Below the pieces are notes generated by a model, which saw nothing but the letters and a program-made list of their open reading frames with translations, did not search any database and was not told the DNA's origin. A stretch of DNA of 64,000 nt from Hyphomicrobiales bacterium (GTDB lineage Bacteria > Pseudomonadota > Alphaproteobacteria > Rhizobiales > Aestuariivirgaceae). Numbering within the stretch: the stretch's first letter is position 1; every line of letters begins with the position of its first letter. The stretch is from NCBI GenBank assembly GCA_016185245.1, contig JACPNZ010000050.1, forward strand, positions 56,733 through 120,732, written 5' to 3'. Both the position numbers and the translations under genes were made by a program. Shown here piece by piece: positions 46,722 through 57,054 of the stretch.

Positions 46722-47573
46722 TCAGCGGGCCCTGGCCCAGCCCTGCTTGATGCTCTTCAGCCCGTCGCGGCAGCAGCTTTCGGGCGTCGGGAAGAAATCG
46801 CGCCACACGCGGGTTGCTGCGGCAACGGCGGGCAATGCACGTCCGAAGGCCTCGATGGTCAGCCAGCCATCGTATTTGGCGGCGCGCAGCGCCCGGTAGG
46901 TGGCAGCCCACGGCACATGGCCCTTGCCCGGCGTGCCCCGGTCGTTTTCCGAGATGTGCACGTGAATCATGTGTTTCCTGATGGTCTTGATGGCCGCGAC
47001 CGGGTCCTTCTCCTCGATGTTGCAGTGGAACGTGTCGTACATGCCCTTGATCGCCGGATGGTCGACCTCGTCAAGGTAGTTCGACAGTTGCTCCATGGTG
47101 TTGATGAAATAGACTTCGAAGCGATTGAGGGCTTCGAGGGCGAAACGCACGTTCTTCTTCGCCGCGTAGTCGCCGGCCCGGCGATGGAAGGCGATCGCCC
47201 GCTTGCGTTCGGCGGTTGTCGGCGGGTGCCCCGAGAAATAGCCGAGCTCCGAATGCATGGGGCCGGCGAGAATTGGCGCGCCAAGGGCCGCCGCGCAATC
47301 GATGACCCACTTGGCGTAGTCGACAGCCGCCTTCTGCTGCGCCTTGTCGGGCGACAGCGGATTTTTCCCCGAAGGCCCGATGACACTCACCACCGTGCGC
47401 CCGAGACCGATCTTGTCGAGAAGCTCGCCCATGCGGGCATAGTGGTCGGGCGTTCCCTCGAAGATCGGGAACTCGACGCCATCATAGCCTGCCTTCTTGA
47501 TGTCGCGGATGATGCTTTCGTGCTCTTGCGTCACGTGTGGTGTCCACAGCAGCATGTTGAAGCCGGTCTTCAT
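46722..47573 (-). CDS. Ketose 3-epimerase-like TIM-barrel protein (D-tagatose/D-psicose 3-epimerase family)
   Basis: 283 aa with ALEALNRFE and HVHISENDRG blocks typical of that family. Confidence 0.85.
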   Translation of the reverse strand: MKTGFNMLLWTPHVTQEHESIIRDIKKAGYDGVEFPIFEGTPDHYARMGELLDKIGLGRTVVSVIGPSGKNPLSPDKAQQKAAVDYAKWVIDCAAALGAPILAGPMHSELGYFSGHPPTTAERKRAIAFHRRAGDYAAKKNVRFALEALNRFEVYFINTMEQLSNYLDEVDHPAIKGMYDTFHCNIEEKDPVAAIKTIRKHMIHVHISENDRGTPGKGHVPWAATYRALRAAKYDGWLTIEAFGRALPAVAAATRVWRDFFPTPESCCRDGLKSIKQGWARAR

Positions 47574-47574
47574 C

Positions 47575-48747
47575 TCACACCTTTGTCCATTTGCCGTTTC
47601 TCGCCGATGACTTTACACAGGCCTCGATGAAGGCCATGCCGGCGACCGCATCGGCGATGCCGGGGAACTGCACATCCTTGTCCAACTTCTGACCCGCGCG
47701 CCTAGCCTTGATGGCGCGTGCGGCTTCAGAATAGATGTTGGCGAAGCCTTCGAGATAGCCTTCCGGATGGCCGGGCGGCACCCGCGTCACCCGCCCCGCC
47801 GCCGCAGTGGAGCCGGCACCGCCCCGGGTGATCAGCCGCTTCGGCTCACCGTAGGGCGTGTACCAGAGATAGTTGGGGTCTTCCTGCTTCCATTCGAGGC
47901 CGGCCTTCTCGCCATAGACCCGGAGCTTGACGCCGTTCTCGTTGCCCGGTGCCACTTGGCTCGCCCACAAGCCGCCGCGCGCGCCACCCTTGAAGCGCAA
48001 CATCACCTGCACATTGTCGTCGAGCACCCGGCCCTTGACGAAGGAGGTAAGCTCGGCCGAGAGCTCTTCGACCGCAAGCCCACTGACGAAACAGGCGAGC
48101 TGATGGGCGTGGGTGCCGATGTCGCCGACACAGCCGCCGGCCCCCGCGCGCTTGGGATCGGCGCGCCAGGCGGCCTGCTTCTGCCCGGTCTTCTCCAGCG
48201 CCGTGGTCAGCCAGTCTTGCGGATATTCGGCCTGCACCACGCGAATGCTGCCCAACTCGCCCGCCGCCACCATGGCCTTGGCCTGGCGGACCATCGGATA
48301 GCCCGAATAATTGTGGGTGAAGGCGAAAATGACGTCTTTCCGCCTGGCCAGCAGCGCGGCCAGCGAGTTTGCTTCCTTGAGCGAGACGCCGAGCGGCTTG
48401 TCGCAGAACACGTGGATGCCGGCCTCGATGAAGGCCTTGGCCACGGGAACATGCAGATGGTTCGGTGTCACGATCGACACCGCCTCGATGCCGTCGCGGC
48501 GCCTGGCCTCGGTCCTCGCCATGGCGGCGAAATCCGAATAGATGCGGTCGGCGGCGAGGCCGAGATCTTCGCCCGAGGCCTTGGCCTTGGCGGGATCGGC
48601 GGAGAGCGCTCCCGCCACCAACTCGTAGTGATCGTCCATGCGGGCAGCGAGGCGATGCACGGCGCCGATAAACGCCCCCTGACCGCCGCCCACCATGCCG
48701 AGCCGGATGCGGCCAGTGGCCTTGTCGCTGCGTCCCTCGATTGCCAT
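47575..48747 (-). CDS. Gfo/Idh/MocA-family oxidoreductase
   Basis: 390 aa starting MAIEGRSDKATGRIRLGMVGGGQGAFIG after a GAGGA SD, with a CDKPL block. The track ORF start at 49074 is an over-extension into the upstream gene. Confidence 0.85.
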   Translation of the reverse strand: MAIEGRSDKATGRIRLGMVGGGQGAFIGAVHRLAARMDDHYELVAGALSADPAKAKASGEDLGLAADRIYSDFAAMARTEARRRDGIEAVSIVTPNHLHVPVAKAFIEAGIHVFCDKPLGVSLKEANSLAALLARRKDVIFAFTHNYSGYPMVRQAKAMVAAGELGSIRVVQAEYPQDWLTTALEKTGQKQAAWRADPKRAGAGGCVGDIGTHAHQLACFVSGLAVEELSAELTSFVKGRVLDDNVQVMLRFKGGARGGLWASQVAPGNENGVKLRVYGEKAGLEWKQEDPNYLWYTPYGEPKRLITRGGAGSTAAAGRVTRVPPGHPEGYLEGFANIYSEAARAIKARRAGQKLDKDVQFPGIADAVAGMAFIEACVKSSARNGKWTKV

Positions 48748-48757
48748 GGTTGTATCC

Positions 48758-49813
48758 TCAGATTCCCAGGATGCGGTGAAGCTTCGCCTTGTCGGCGGAA
48801 CCGGCGACGAAGTCGTCGAAGGATTTCTCGGTGACCTTGATGATATGATCGGCAATGAAGGGGGCCCCCTCTTTGGCGCCCTGCACCGAATCCTTGATGC
48901 AGCATTCCCATTCGAGAACCGCCCAGGACTTGTAGTCGTTGGCCGCCATCTTGGAGAAGATCGCGGCGAAATCGACCTGGCCGTCGCCCAGCGAGCGGAA
49001 GCGTCCGGCCCGCTTGATCCACGGCTGGAAGCCGGAATAGACGCCCTGCTTGCCGGTCGGGTTGAACTCGGCATCCTTGACGTGGAAGGCGCAGATGCGC
49101 TCGCGATAGATGTCGATGAAGTCGAGATAGTCGAGCTGCTGCAGCACGAAGTGCGAGGGATCGTAGTTGATCATGCAGCGCTTGTGGTTGCCCAGGCGCT
49201 CGAGGAACATCTCGAAGGTGACGCCATCCATCACGTCCTCGCCGGGGTGGAGCTCGAAGCCCACGTCGACGCCATGCTTGTCGAACACGTCGAGGATCGG
49301 TTTCCAGCGCCGGGCGAGTTCGTCGAAGCCTTCCTCGATGAGGCCCGGCGGGCGCGGCGGCCAGCCATAGAGGAACGGCCAGCACAGGGCGCCGGGGAAG
49401 GAGACATGGGTATCGAGGCCGAGGTTGCGCGACGCCTTGGCGGCGAGCTTGCACTGCTCGACCGCCCATTTCTGGCGCTCCTTCGGCTTGCCGTGAAAAT
49501 TGGCCGGCGCGAAGGCGTCGAAGGCCTCGTCATAGGCGGGATGGACGGCGACGAGCTGGCCCTGCAGATGGGTCGAGAGTTCGGTCACCTCGACGCCGTT
49601 CTTCCTGGCAACGCCTTTGTATTCGTCGCAATAGGTCTTGGACTCGGCCGCCTTCTTGAGGTCGATCATGCGGCCGTCCCAGCTCGGCACCTGCACGCCC
49701 TTGTAGCCGAGCGACGCCGCCCATTTGGTGATCGCGTTCCAGTCATTGAAGGGCGCCTTGTCGCCGGCGAACTGGGCGAGGAAGATTGCCGGTCCCTTGA
49801 TGTTGGTTGCCAT
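48758..49813 (-). CDS. Xylose-isomerase-like TIM-barrel protein (sugar phosphate isomerase/epimerase family)
   Basis: 351 aa with blocks FELHPGEDV, NYDPSHF and HVKDAEF. Confidence 0.85.
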   Translation of the reverse strand: MATNIKGPAIFLAQFAGDKAPFNDWNAITKWAASLGYKGVQVPSWDGRMIDLKKAAESKTYCDEYKGVARKNGVEVTELSTHLQGQLVAVHPAYDEAFDAFAPANFHGKPKERQKWAVEQCKLAAKASRNLGLDTHVSFPGALCWPFLYGWPPRPPGLIEEGFDELARRWKPILDVFDKHGVDVGFELHPGEDVMDGVTFEMFLERLGNHKRCMINYDPSHFVLQQLDYLDFIDIYRERICAFHVKDAEFNPTGKQGVYSGFQPWIKRAGRFRSLGDGQVDFAAIFSKMAANDYKSWAVLEWECCIKDSVQGAKEGAPFIADHIIKVTEKSFDDFVAGSADKAKLHRILGI

Positions 49814-49825
49814 GTTTGAAACTCC

Positions 49826-51136
49826 CTAGAGATAGGTGTTGAGCAGGTTTTCGAGGGCCTCCTGACGCCCTGAACTGGGTTGCGGCTCGAGGCCCGACTT
49901 GTGAACCCGCGCGGCGATCGCTTCGAGGCTCTCCTTGCCCGCCAGCATTGCCTTGTTTCTGGGTTCCTTCCACTTGGCGTAGCGGGCATCGACGAGCTGG
50001 GCGAGCTTGTCGTCCGCGATCATCTTCGCGGCAATCAACAAGCCCCGGGCGCATGCATCGATCGAGCCCACATGGGCGTGCAGGATGTCGTCCGGATCGA
50101 TCGACTGGCGCCTGATCTTGGCATCGAAATTCATACCGCCGCTGGTGAAGCCGCCGGCCTTCAGAATCTCATACTGGGCCAGCGCCATCTCGGGGATGTT
50201 CATGGCGAACTGGTCGGTGTCCCAGCCCGACTGGTAGTCGCCGCGATTGATGTCGATCGAGCCGAAGATGCCGAGCGCCGAGGCAAGTGCTATCTCGTGC
50301 TCGAAACTGTGGCCGGCGAGGATCGCGTGGTTCTGCTCGATGTTCACCTTCACGTCCTTCTGCAGGCCGAGCGAGGCGATGGTGGCATAGACGGTGGCCA
50401 CATCGTAGTCATACTGGTGCTTGGTCGGCTCCTGGGGCTTGGGCTCGATCAGGATCGGGCCCTTGAAACCGATCTTGTGCTTGTAGTCGACGACCAATGA
50501 TAGAAAGCGCTTGGCCTGTTCCAACTCATGACCAATTTTCGTGTTGAGCAGCGTCTCGTAGCCCTCGCGGCCGCCCCACATCACGTAGTTTTCCCCACCC
50601 AGCCCGTGGGTCACGTCCATGCAGTGCTTCACCTGGGCCGCGCAATAGGCGAAGACGTCAGGGTCCGGATTGGTCGCCGCCCCGGCCATGAAGCGGCGAT
50701 TGGAGAACATATTGGCCGTGCCCCACAGGAGCTTCTTGCCGGTCTTGGCCATCTTGGCTTCGAAAATGTTGGCGATCGCCGTCACATTGGCGTTGAACTC
50801 CTTGAGCGATCTTCCCTCCGGAGCGATGTCGAGATCGTGGAAGGTGAAATAGTCGACGCCGAGAAGCCTGAGTGTTTCGAACATCAGGTCGGCCTTGGTG
50901 CGGGCCGCGCCCATGGGATCGCTGTCATGGTGCCAGGGGCGCAGGAAAGTGTCGCCGCCGAAGGGATCGAGTCCCGGCCAGCACAACGTATGCCAATAGC
51001 ACACGGCGAAGCGCAGGTGCTCGGCCATGGTCTTGCCCATCACCTTCTGCCTGGGATTGTACCAGCGGAAGGCGAGATCGCCCTTGGCGCTGGGGCCTTC
51101 GAACCGCACCGGGTCCTTGATCGAATAGAACTTCAT
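49826..51136 (-). CDS. xylA: Xylose isomerase
   Basis: 436 aa with canonical XylA blocks ([54 protein letters not shown]). Confidence 0.95.
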   Translation of the reverse strand: MKFYSIKDPVRFEGPSAKGDLAFRWYNPRQKVMGKTMAEHLRFAVCYWHTLCWPGLDPFGGDTFLRPWHHDSDPMGAARTKADLMFETLRLLGVDYFTFHDLDIAPEGRSLKEFNANVTAIANIFEAKMAKTGKKLLWGTANMFSNRRFMAGAATNPDPDVFAYCAAQVKHCMDVTHGLGGENYVMWGGREGYETLLNTKIGHELEQAKRFLSLVVDYKHKIGFKGPILIEPKPQEPTKHQYDYDVATVYATIASLGLQKDVKVNIEQNHAILAGHSFEHEIALASALGIFGSIDINRGDYQSGWDTDQFAMNIPEMALAQYEILKAGGFTSGGMNFDAKIRRQSIDPDDILHAHVGSIDACARGLLIAAKMIADDKLAQLVDARYAKWKEPRNKAMLAGKESLEAIAARVHKSGLEPQPSSGRQEALENLLNTYL

Positions 51137-52593
51137 GGCCGGTTGATCTCCCTGATGGCCGGATAGATTTGCACGTAGCGGGCGTATTGGGCGTCATAGG
51201 CGGCGCGGGCCTTGGCCACGGGCCTCACCGTTCTGGCGGTGCGCGGCGGCTGGCACACTTGCCTGTAGGAAGCTCCCGTCGCGGCGATGAGGCCGAGGCG
51301 GGCCGCCCCGAAGGCGCCGCCGAAATCGCCGTCGGCGGGGACATCGATGGGAAGGTTGAGCGCCGTGGCGATGATCCTGAGCCAGAGCTCCGAGCGCGAG
51401 CCGCCACCCACGGCGGTGAGCCGGGTGATTTCGCTGCCCGCCGCCTTGAGCGCCTCGAGACTGTCGCGGAAGGCGAAAGCCACGCCATCGAGCACCGCGT
51501 GGGTGAGCGTGTTGCGGTCGCTCTCGTGGCCGAGCCCCATCAACAACCCCCGCACCTGGGCGTCCGCCACCGGCGTGCGTTCGCCCGAGAGATAGGGAAG
51601 AAAGAGGGCGGGCGAGGGGCCGGCGAGCGTGTTGCCGAGGGCCGCCGTGAGCTGGGGCGCCGGTGTCCCGAGGACGCCTGCCAGCCATTCGAGGCTCGCC
51701 GTCGCCGAGAGGATCACACCCATCTGATGCCAGGTATCGGGAAGCGCATGGCAGAAGGCGTGCACGGCGCGCGCCGCATTGGGGCGGAACCGGTCGTTGG
51801 TCACGAACAGAACGCCCGAGGTTCCGATCGACACAAAGGCCGAGCCCGGCGTCACCGCACCGATGCCGCAGGCGGACGCCGCATTGTCTCCAGCACCACC
51901 TGCCACCACCGGGCGCTTACCCATGCCCCAGGCCCTGGCCACGGCGGGCGTGAGCCTGCCCGTTGCATCGGTGCCTTCGAACAGGGCCGGCATCTGCTCG
52001 CGCCGCATATCCGATGCCGCAAGCAGCGCCTCCGACCATTTGCGCTTGGCCACGTCGAGCCAGTAAGTGCCGGCCGAGTCCGACATGTCGGAAGCATATT
52101 CGCCGGTCATGCGCAAACGCACATAGTCCTTGGGCAGCAGAACCTTGGCGACCCTGTCGAATACCCTGGGCTCGTGCTTCTTCACCCAGACGAGCTTGGG
52201 GGCGGTGAAGCCGGCGAGCGCGATGTTGCCGGAAATCTCCCGCGCCCTGGGTTCGTGCGCCTCGATGTCGCGGCATTCTTCGAAGGAGCGCGCATCGTTC
52301 CACAGGATCGCCGGGCGCAGCACCTTGCCCGCCGCATCGAGGAGCGTTGCTCCATGCTGCTGGCCGGAAAGTCCGATCCCCTCGACCGCGGCGACCGCCT
52401 TGGGCTTGAGCCTGTTTAGCGCCCGCACCACCCTGTTGCAGGCCTTCCACCAGTCCTCCGGCGCCTGTTCCGACCAGCCGGGCTGGGGCCGTGAAACTTT
52501 CAGCGAAGCGCTGGCGGTCGCCACGATCTTCTGTTTGGCGTCGATCAGCACGCCCTTGACCGATGAAGTTCCAATATCGAGACCGAGATACAT
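51133..52593 (-). CDS. xylB: Xylulokinase (FGGY family)
   Basis: 486 aa starting [15 protein letters not shown], with an FGGY N/C domain layout. 4-nt overlap with xylA. Confidence 0.9.
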   Translation of the reverse strand: MYLGLDIGTSSVKGVLIDAKQKIVATASASLKVSRPQPGWSEQAPEDWWKACNRVVRALNRLKPKAVAAVEGIGLSGQQHGATLLDAAGKVLRPAILWNDARSFEECRDIEAHEPRAREISGNIALAGFTAPKLVWVKKHEPRVFDRVAKVLLPKDYVRLRMTGEYASDMSDSAGTYWLDVAKRKWSEALLAASDMRREQMPALFEGTDATGRLTPAVARAWGMGKRPVVAGGAGDNAASACGIGAVTPGSAFVSIGTSGVLFVTNDRFRPNAARAVHAFCHALPDTWHQMGVILSATASLEWLAGVLGTPAPQLTAALGNTLAGPSPALFLPYLSGERTPVADAQVRGLLMGLGHESDRNTLTHAVLDGVAFAFRDSLEALKAAGSEITRLTAVGGGSRSELWLRIIATALNLPIDVPADGDFGGAFGAARLGLIAATGASYRQVCQPPRTARTVRPVAKARAAYDAQYARYVQIYPAIREINRP

Positions 52594-52602
52594 GGTGCCG
52601 TC

Positions 52603-53628
52603 CTATGGCAGGTTGTCGCGGACGAAGATGTCGATGCGGATGCGCTCCATCGCCTCGACGATCGGGTGCTTGTCGGCTCTGGCCATCAGGATGCGGATGG
52701 CGCTGCGCACCTCATGGCCTGCGTCCTGGTTGATGATGACGTCGATGGTGCCGTCGACCAGGGCGCGCCGCGACTGTTCGCTGAGCTCGTGGGCGATGTA
52801 GACCACCTCCTTGCGGCGGCCCGAGCGCTCAAGTGCTGCAACGATGCCGCGGGTGCCGGCGCCGACATTGTAGAGCCCGATCAGGTCGGCGTGTTCGGCA
52901 AGCAGCTGTTCGGCGACCGCCTCGACCTTCTGCCAGTCGTCGCGGGCCTCGCGCACCGGGAGCACACTGAGCAGCGGATACTCATGCATCATCACCTGCT
53001 CGAAACCGAATTGCCGCTCGATATGATCGCGCAGCGACAGCGATCCGGCGATCAGCCCCACCTTGCCGCGCCGGGCCCCGAGATAGCGGCCCATGAGAGT
53101 GGCGGCGGTGCGCCCGGCTCCGCTGTTGTCGATGCCGATATAGTGGGCCCGTTTCGAGCCCGGCACGTCGGAAACGAGGGTGACCACCGTGACCCCCCGT
53201 TCGGCGAGGCCGTTGATCGCTTCCTTGACCCGCGGGTGATCGAGCGCCACCACCGCCACGCCATCATAGATGTCGCCGATCTGGTCGAGGGTGCGGGCGA
53301 GAGTTTCGGCGTCGAAGACATCGGTGAGGCGCAGATCGAGCGCCACTTTTTCCGGCCGCAGGCGCTGGGCCTCGGCGCGGACCTCCTCGCCGAGGCCGAT
53401 CATGAAGATGTTATTGCCCTCGGGGAGCACGAAGCAGAAGCGGTATTCCTTGCCGCGGGCCAGCCGCGCGGCGAGCCGGTCCGGCTGATAGTTGAGCAGC
53501 CGGATGGCGCCCTCCACCCGCTCGATGGTCTGCGGCCTGACCGCCGCCCGGCCATTGAGCACCCGGTCGACGGTGGCGACACTTACCCCCGCCTGCCGCG
53601 CCACATCCTCGATGGTTGCCCTGACCAT
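52603..53628 (-). CDS. LacI-family transcriptional regulator
   Basis: 341 aa. HTH (TIEDVARQAGVSVATVDRVLN) plus a periplasmic-binding-protein-like sugar-binding domain. First gene of the xyl-containing minus-strand operon. Confidence 0.9.
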   Translation of the reverse strand: MVRATIEDVARQAGVSVATVDRVLNGRAAVRPQTIERVEGAIRLLNYQPDRLAARLARGKEYRFCFVLPEGNNIFMIGLGEEVRAEAQRLRPEKVALDLRLTDVFDAETLARTLDQIGDIYDGVAVVALDHPRVKEAINGLAERGVTVVTLVSDVPGSKRAHYIGIDNSGAGRTAATLMGRYLGARRGKVGLIAGSLSLRDHIERQFGFEQVMMHEYPLLSVLPVREARDDWQKVEAVAEQLLAEHADLIGLYNVGAGTRGIVAALERSGRRKEVVYIAHELSEQSRRALVDGTIDVIINQDAGHEVRSAIRILMARADKHPIVEAMERIRIDIFVRDNLP

Positions 53629-53656
53629 GGCCCATGACAGTCTTCCCCGGGCGTTT

Positions 53657-53671
53657 TGTCAATTCCTGACA
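53657..53671. promoter_or_regulatory. Inverted repeat TGTCA-N5-TGACA upstream of the LacI gene (candidate operator or -35 region)
   Basis: Lies 29 nt upstream of the LacI ATG. On the minus strand the region carries two TTGACA hexamers. Confidence 0.3.
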
Positions 53672-53830
53672 GGCGCATGTCAACAGGAGCGGTGGCGGCT
53701 GGAGTATTGCCTTTCGGCGAAGCCGTTCCACTTTGCCGGGAAGCGGTCTGACGGCAGGCATCGTGGTGCCGCGATGGTGCCGCCCCATAGGGACAGCACC
53801 ACCGCCTCGGAGAACGGCAGTTCGGATCGG

Positions 53831-54274
53831 TTACTGGCCGTTCTCTACGTTGCCTTCTTCGGCACCGCCTTCATTGCTGCCGCCTTCGTCGTTTCCGGCA
53901 ATCTCGCTACCGGTGTCGACGGAAAGCACCTTGGCATTGCCGGCATCGACCTTGACGTCCTGGAGTGCGTTGGCGGCCGTCTTGATCTCGACGCTATAGA
54001 CGAGGTTGCCGTTCTCGTTGTCGAGAGCGACCTTGAGCACCGTTCCCGGAACCTGCGCCAGCGCGGCGGCGGTTGCCGCCGTCGCGTCGATCTTAGCCAT
54101 CGACACGAGGCTGGCGGCTTCGCCGCTTTCCCCATCGTTCTGGTTGCCGATCGTGATGCTCGACTGGTAGACGGGCTCGGTACCTGCGGCAAGCGCGGCA
54201 TAGGTTCCGCCAAACATGATGCCACCGGCCGCGACGGCCGCGAGCGTCATAGTCATCGTTCGTTCGTTGTTCAT
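53831..54274 (-). CDS. PepSY-domain secreted protein
   Basis: 147 aa with a signal-like N-terminus. PepSY-type core (AALAQVPGTVLKVALDNENGNLVYSVEIK...VKVDAGNAKVL) and an acidic Gly/Glu-rich tail. Confidence 0.8.
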   Translation of the reverse strand: MNNERTMTMTLAAVAAGGIMFGGTYAALAAGTEPVYQSSITIGNQNDGESGEAASLVSMAKIDATAATAAALAQVPGTVLKVALDNENGNLVYSVEIKTAANALQDVKVDAGNAKVLSVDTGSEIAGNDEGGSNEGGAEEGNVENGQ

Positions 54275-54408
54275 GATCGATTTTCCTTCGGTTGACTGCA
54301 GGGCCGCATCGGCCGCGCGATCACGCCGGAGCGTAGGCGTGGCCTAAATGTTTGCCCTTTGACGGAAACACCCTAGCTCCCGAAGATTGCAGCGGCCTTT
54401 CACCAGCA

Positions 54409-55872
54409 TTAAATCGCAGTACGTTCCGCCCGGCCAGTCGGCGGAACCGGGCGACCCGAATCGGATGCCAGCGGCAAGGTGATTCTGAAAACCGAACCGC
54501 TGTCCGGTGCGCTCGCCGCCACGACCTGCCCGCCGTGCGCTTCGACAATCGCCTTGACGAGACTGAGGCCCAATCCCATCCCCCGCTGGGCGCGCCCGCG
54601 GTCTCCACGATAGAGACGATCCCAAATCCTCGACAGATCCTGCGGCGTCATGCCGATACCGGTATCGGCAACGGCGATCGCCACAGTCGATTTCTCGCGC
54701 GATACTTTCAAATCGATGCGCCCGCCCCGCGGCGTATACTTAGTCGCGTTGTCCAGGAGGTTCGCCATGACTTGGCGCAAGCGGCCGCGGTCGGCGGTAA
54801 CCCAGACGCGATCGGGTGCCTCCAGCGCCACGCTTATGGCCTTCTCCTCCGAAACATACCGATAGAGATCGATCGCCTCTTCCACTAGGGCCACGATGTC
54901 CACCGGTTCACGCTTCAAGACGAGAGTGCCGGCCTCGGCTTCCGACAAATCCATCAGCCCGTCCAGCAATCTCAAGATCCTGTCCGACTCCTCGATACAG
55001 TCCGAAAGGGCTTCCCGGGCGATGTCAGTTCCCCGATCCGATTGTAACGCGATTTCGGCAGCACCGCGCATGCGGGCGATCGGGGTACGCAGCTCGTGGG
55101 CCACCGTGTCGAGCGCTCCGCGCATACCCTCGATCAGCACGGCGATCCGGTTCAGCATCCCGTTGAACAGCTGCGCCAGAGAATCCAACTCGTCTCCGGT
55201 TCGGCGAACCGGCACCCGGGCCGTCATGGCGCCGGAGTCGATCGCCCGCACGGTCTCGATGAGTTCGCGTATCGGGCGCAGGGCGCGCACGGCGAGGAAC
55301 GCTCCGCTGGCGATGCCGATCACCACCACCGGAATTGCGACCCCCGCCAGAATCCACCCGAAAAGCGCGAGAATTTCGTCGCGCTCGTCGGTGCTTTTGC
55401 CGACCTGCAGGATCGAGCCGTCCGGCAGCCGCAGCGAGGCAATCTCAAGCACGGCGCTGTCATCGTTCGCCGGCAGGCGCATGAACGAGCCGAGTTCCGT
55501 CAACGGCAGACGCTCCAGGCGCGCCAGGTCGAATTCGGCCCACTGGTCCGGAATCTCCATGAACACGAGGGCGTTGCTCGGCCCGGCAATCCGAATGAAG
55601 TAAGGTTTGGTCTTGCGGATGCTGGACTCGAGAGCGAGCGACCGCTTGAGCCCGGCAAGGTCGGCTGCCTGATACTGCGCTGCAAGCTGCCGAAGCCTTG
55701 CGTCGATACTGTCCCGGTCGCGCGCTTGAAGCGAGGCGCTTAGGAGGAAGTAGGCGAAGGCGAAGAGAAACAGCGTGCCCACGATGAACGACGCCGAGGA
55801 GAGCAGTGCCAGCCGAAAGCCGGTCGTCTGGCGGAGCGTCTTAATGGTGCTTGAGAACATAGCCGACGCCAC
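54409..55872 (-). CDS. Sensor histidine kinase (HAMP-HisKA-HATPase)
   Basis: Two TM segments, H-box HELRTPIA, N box NLLDNATKY, G boxes DTGIGM and GLGLSLV. Start is GTG at 55872 or ATG at 55860; either one overlaps the response-regulator 3' end. Confidence 0.9.
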   Translation of the reverse strand: MASAMFSSTIKTLRQTTGFRLALLSSASFIVGTLFLFAFAYFLLSASLQARDRDSIDARLRQLAAQYQAADLAGLKRSLALESSIRKTKPYFIRIAGPSNALVFMEIPDQWAEFDLARLERLPLTELGSFMRLPANDDSAVLEIASLRLPDGSILQVGKSTDERDEILALFGWILAGVAIPVVVIGIASGAFLAVRALRPIRELIETVRAIDSGAMTARVPVRRTGDELDSLAQLFNGMLNRIAVLIEGMRGALDTVAHELRTPIARMRGAAEIALQSDRGTDIAREALSDCIEESDRILRLLDGLMDLSEAEAGTLVLKREPVDIVALVEEAIDLYRYVSEEKAISVALEAPDRVWVTADRGRLRQVMANLLDNATKYTPRGGRIDLKVSREKSTVAIAVADTGIGMTPQDLSRIWDRLYRGDRGRAQRGMGLGLSLVKAIVEAHGGQVVAASAPDSGSVFRITLPLASDSGRPVPPTGRAERTAI

Positions 55873-56515
55873 GAATCGTATGGATCATCTTGTCCGGGAA
55901 ATCTCGGTCGAGCTTGTTGCGTAGCCGGCACACCAGGACATCTACCACGTTCGTCTGGGCACTGAAGTTGTAGTCCCACAGGCCCTCGAGAATCATCGTT
56001 TTGGATACCGGGCGGCCGGCATTGCGCAGCAACAGTTCGAGCAGCGAATACTCCCGGGCCTGAAGACTGAATTGCCGGCCGCCGCGCGTGACCTCGCGGG
56101 CCCGAAGGTCGAGAACGAGGTCATTCACGATCAGCCGCACCGGTTCGGTGGCATTCGTCGCCCGTCTGATCAGCGCGTGGATCCGCGCCAGGAGTTCGGA
56201 CAGCGAAAAGGGCTTGGTGAGATAATCGTCGCCACCCGTCAGCAGGCCCGCGACGCGATCGTCAACCGACCGTCTGGCGCTGAGAATGATAACCGGGCTG
56301 ACAACCTTCCGCTTGCGTAGCTCGCCGATCAAATCCAGTCCGCTCAATCCGGGCAGCATCACGTCGATCACGGCGGCGGCGTACGGCGTGCAAAGCGCCA
56401 GATGAAGGCCGTCCTCCCCGTTCTCGGCCCGATCGACCGCGAATCCGGCCTGTTTTAGAGCCGTGACGATAAACCGGCCGATCTTGGGATCGTCTTCGAC
56501 GACCAGAATTCGCAC
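55841..56515 (-). CDS. OmpR-family response regulator
   Basis: 224 aa. Receiver domain (ILVVEDD...DVMLPG...KP) plus a winged-helix output domain (TIRGVGYVL). GTG start. Confidence 0.9.
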   Translation of the reverse strand: MRILVVEDDPKIGRFIVTALKQAGFAVDRAENGEDGLHLALCTPYAAAVIDVMLPGLSGLDLIGELRKRKVVSPVIILSARRSVDDRVAGLLTGGDDYLTKPFSLSELLARIHALIRRATNATEPVRLIVNDLVLDLRAREVTRGGRQFSLQAREYSLLELLLRNAGRPVSKTMILEGLWDYNFSAQTNVVDVLVCRLRNKLDRDFPDKMIHTIRGVGYVLKHH

Positions 56516-56752
56516 AGCGTGGGTTCTCCTTCGAATAGTCAGGTCGATGGCCGCCCAACCGATCTACTGAGGAACTGTGGCAGAAAGTGCGCCGGCCACA
56601 GAGCCACCGGAACGTCATCACCGCCGTGCGCTCCGGCCGGCACCGATGGTTGGTGGGAACTACCAGGTTGAATCAAGGATTACCGCATCGGGACGACGTA
56701 TTTGATGAAGTGTCGGTAAGTATAAGCGGCGGCGGTCATTCCGCAGCCTGTT

Positions 56753-56980
56753 TTGAACTTCTGTACCATGCCAGCGGTAGTGGCAGTTCGCATGAGCCGC
56801 TGTTCAATCCGGTCGCCGATGCCATTCGGGGTCTATCCCGGCGAGGTGCTGGTCGTGGCCCCGGCCGGATCGGCCATCGTCTGCAACTCGTCCATGGGGC
56901 ATTCCGGTACGCGGAAAATTAGCGACGCCAAGCGCCGCATGCTGCATTTCACCTACACAAGGCGCGATTTGCTCCAGTAG
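56753..56980 (+). pseudogene. C-terminal fragment of a phytanoyl-CoA dioxygenase (PhyH)-like gene
   Basis: Only the tail is recognisable (PGEVLVVAPAGSAIVCNSSMGHSGTRKISDAKRRMLHFTYTRRD). There is no N-terminal 2-His-1-carboxylate region and no credible start or SD. Confidence 0.4.
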
Positions 56981-57054
56981 CTGGTGCAACTCGATCATCT
57001 GACCAAGGCGTTCTGCGACCGGATGAGCCCGGTGTCCCCGTTTCCTTCGACAAG

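Noticed and set aside
54300-54330. GGCCG-CAT-CGGCC mini-hairpin between the histidine kinase and PepSY genes, considered as a terminator
   Set aside because: The stem is only 5 bp and there is no U-tract on the transcribed strand. This is not enough to call a terminator.
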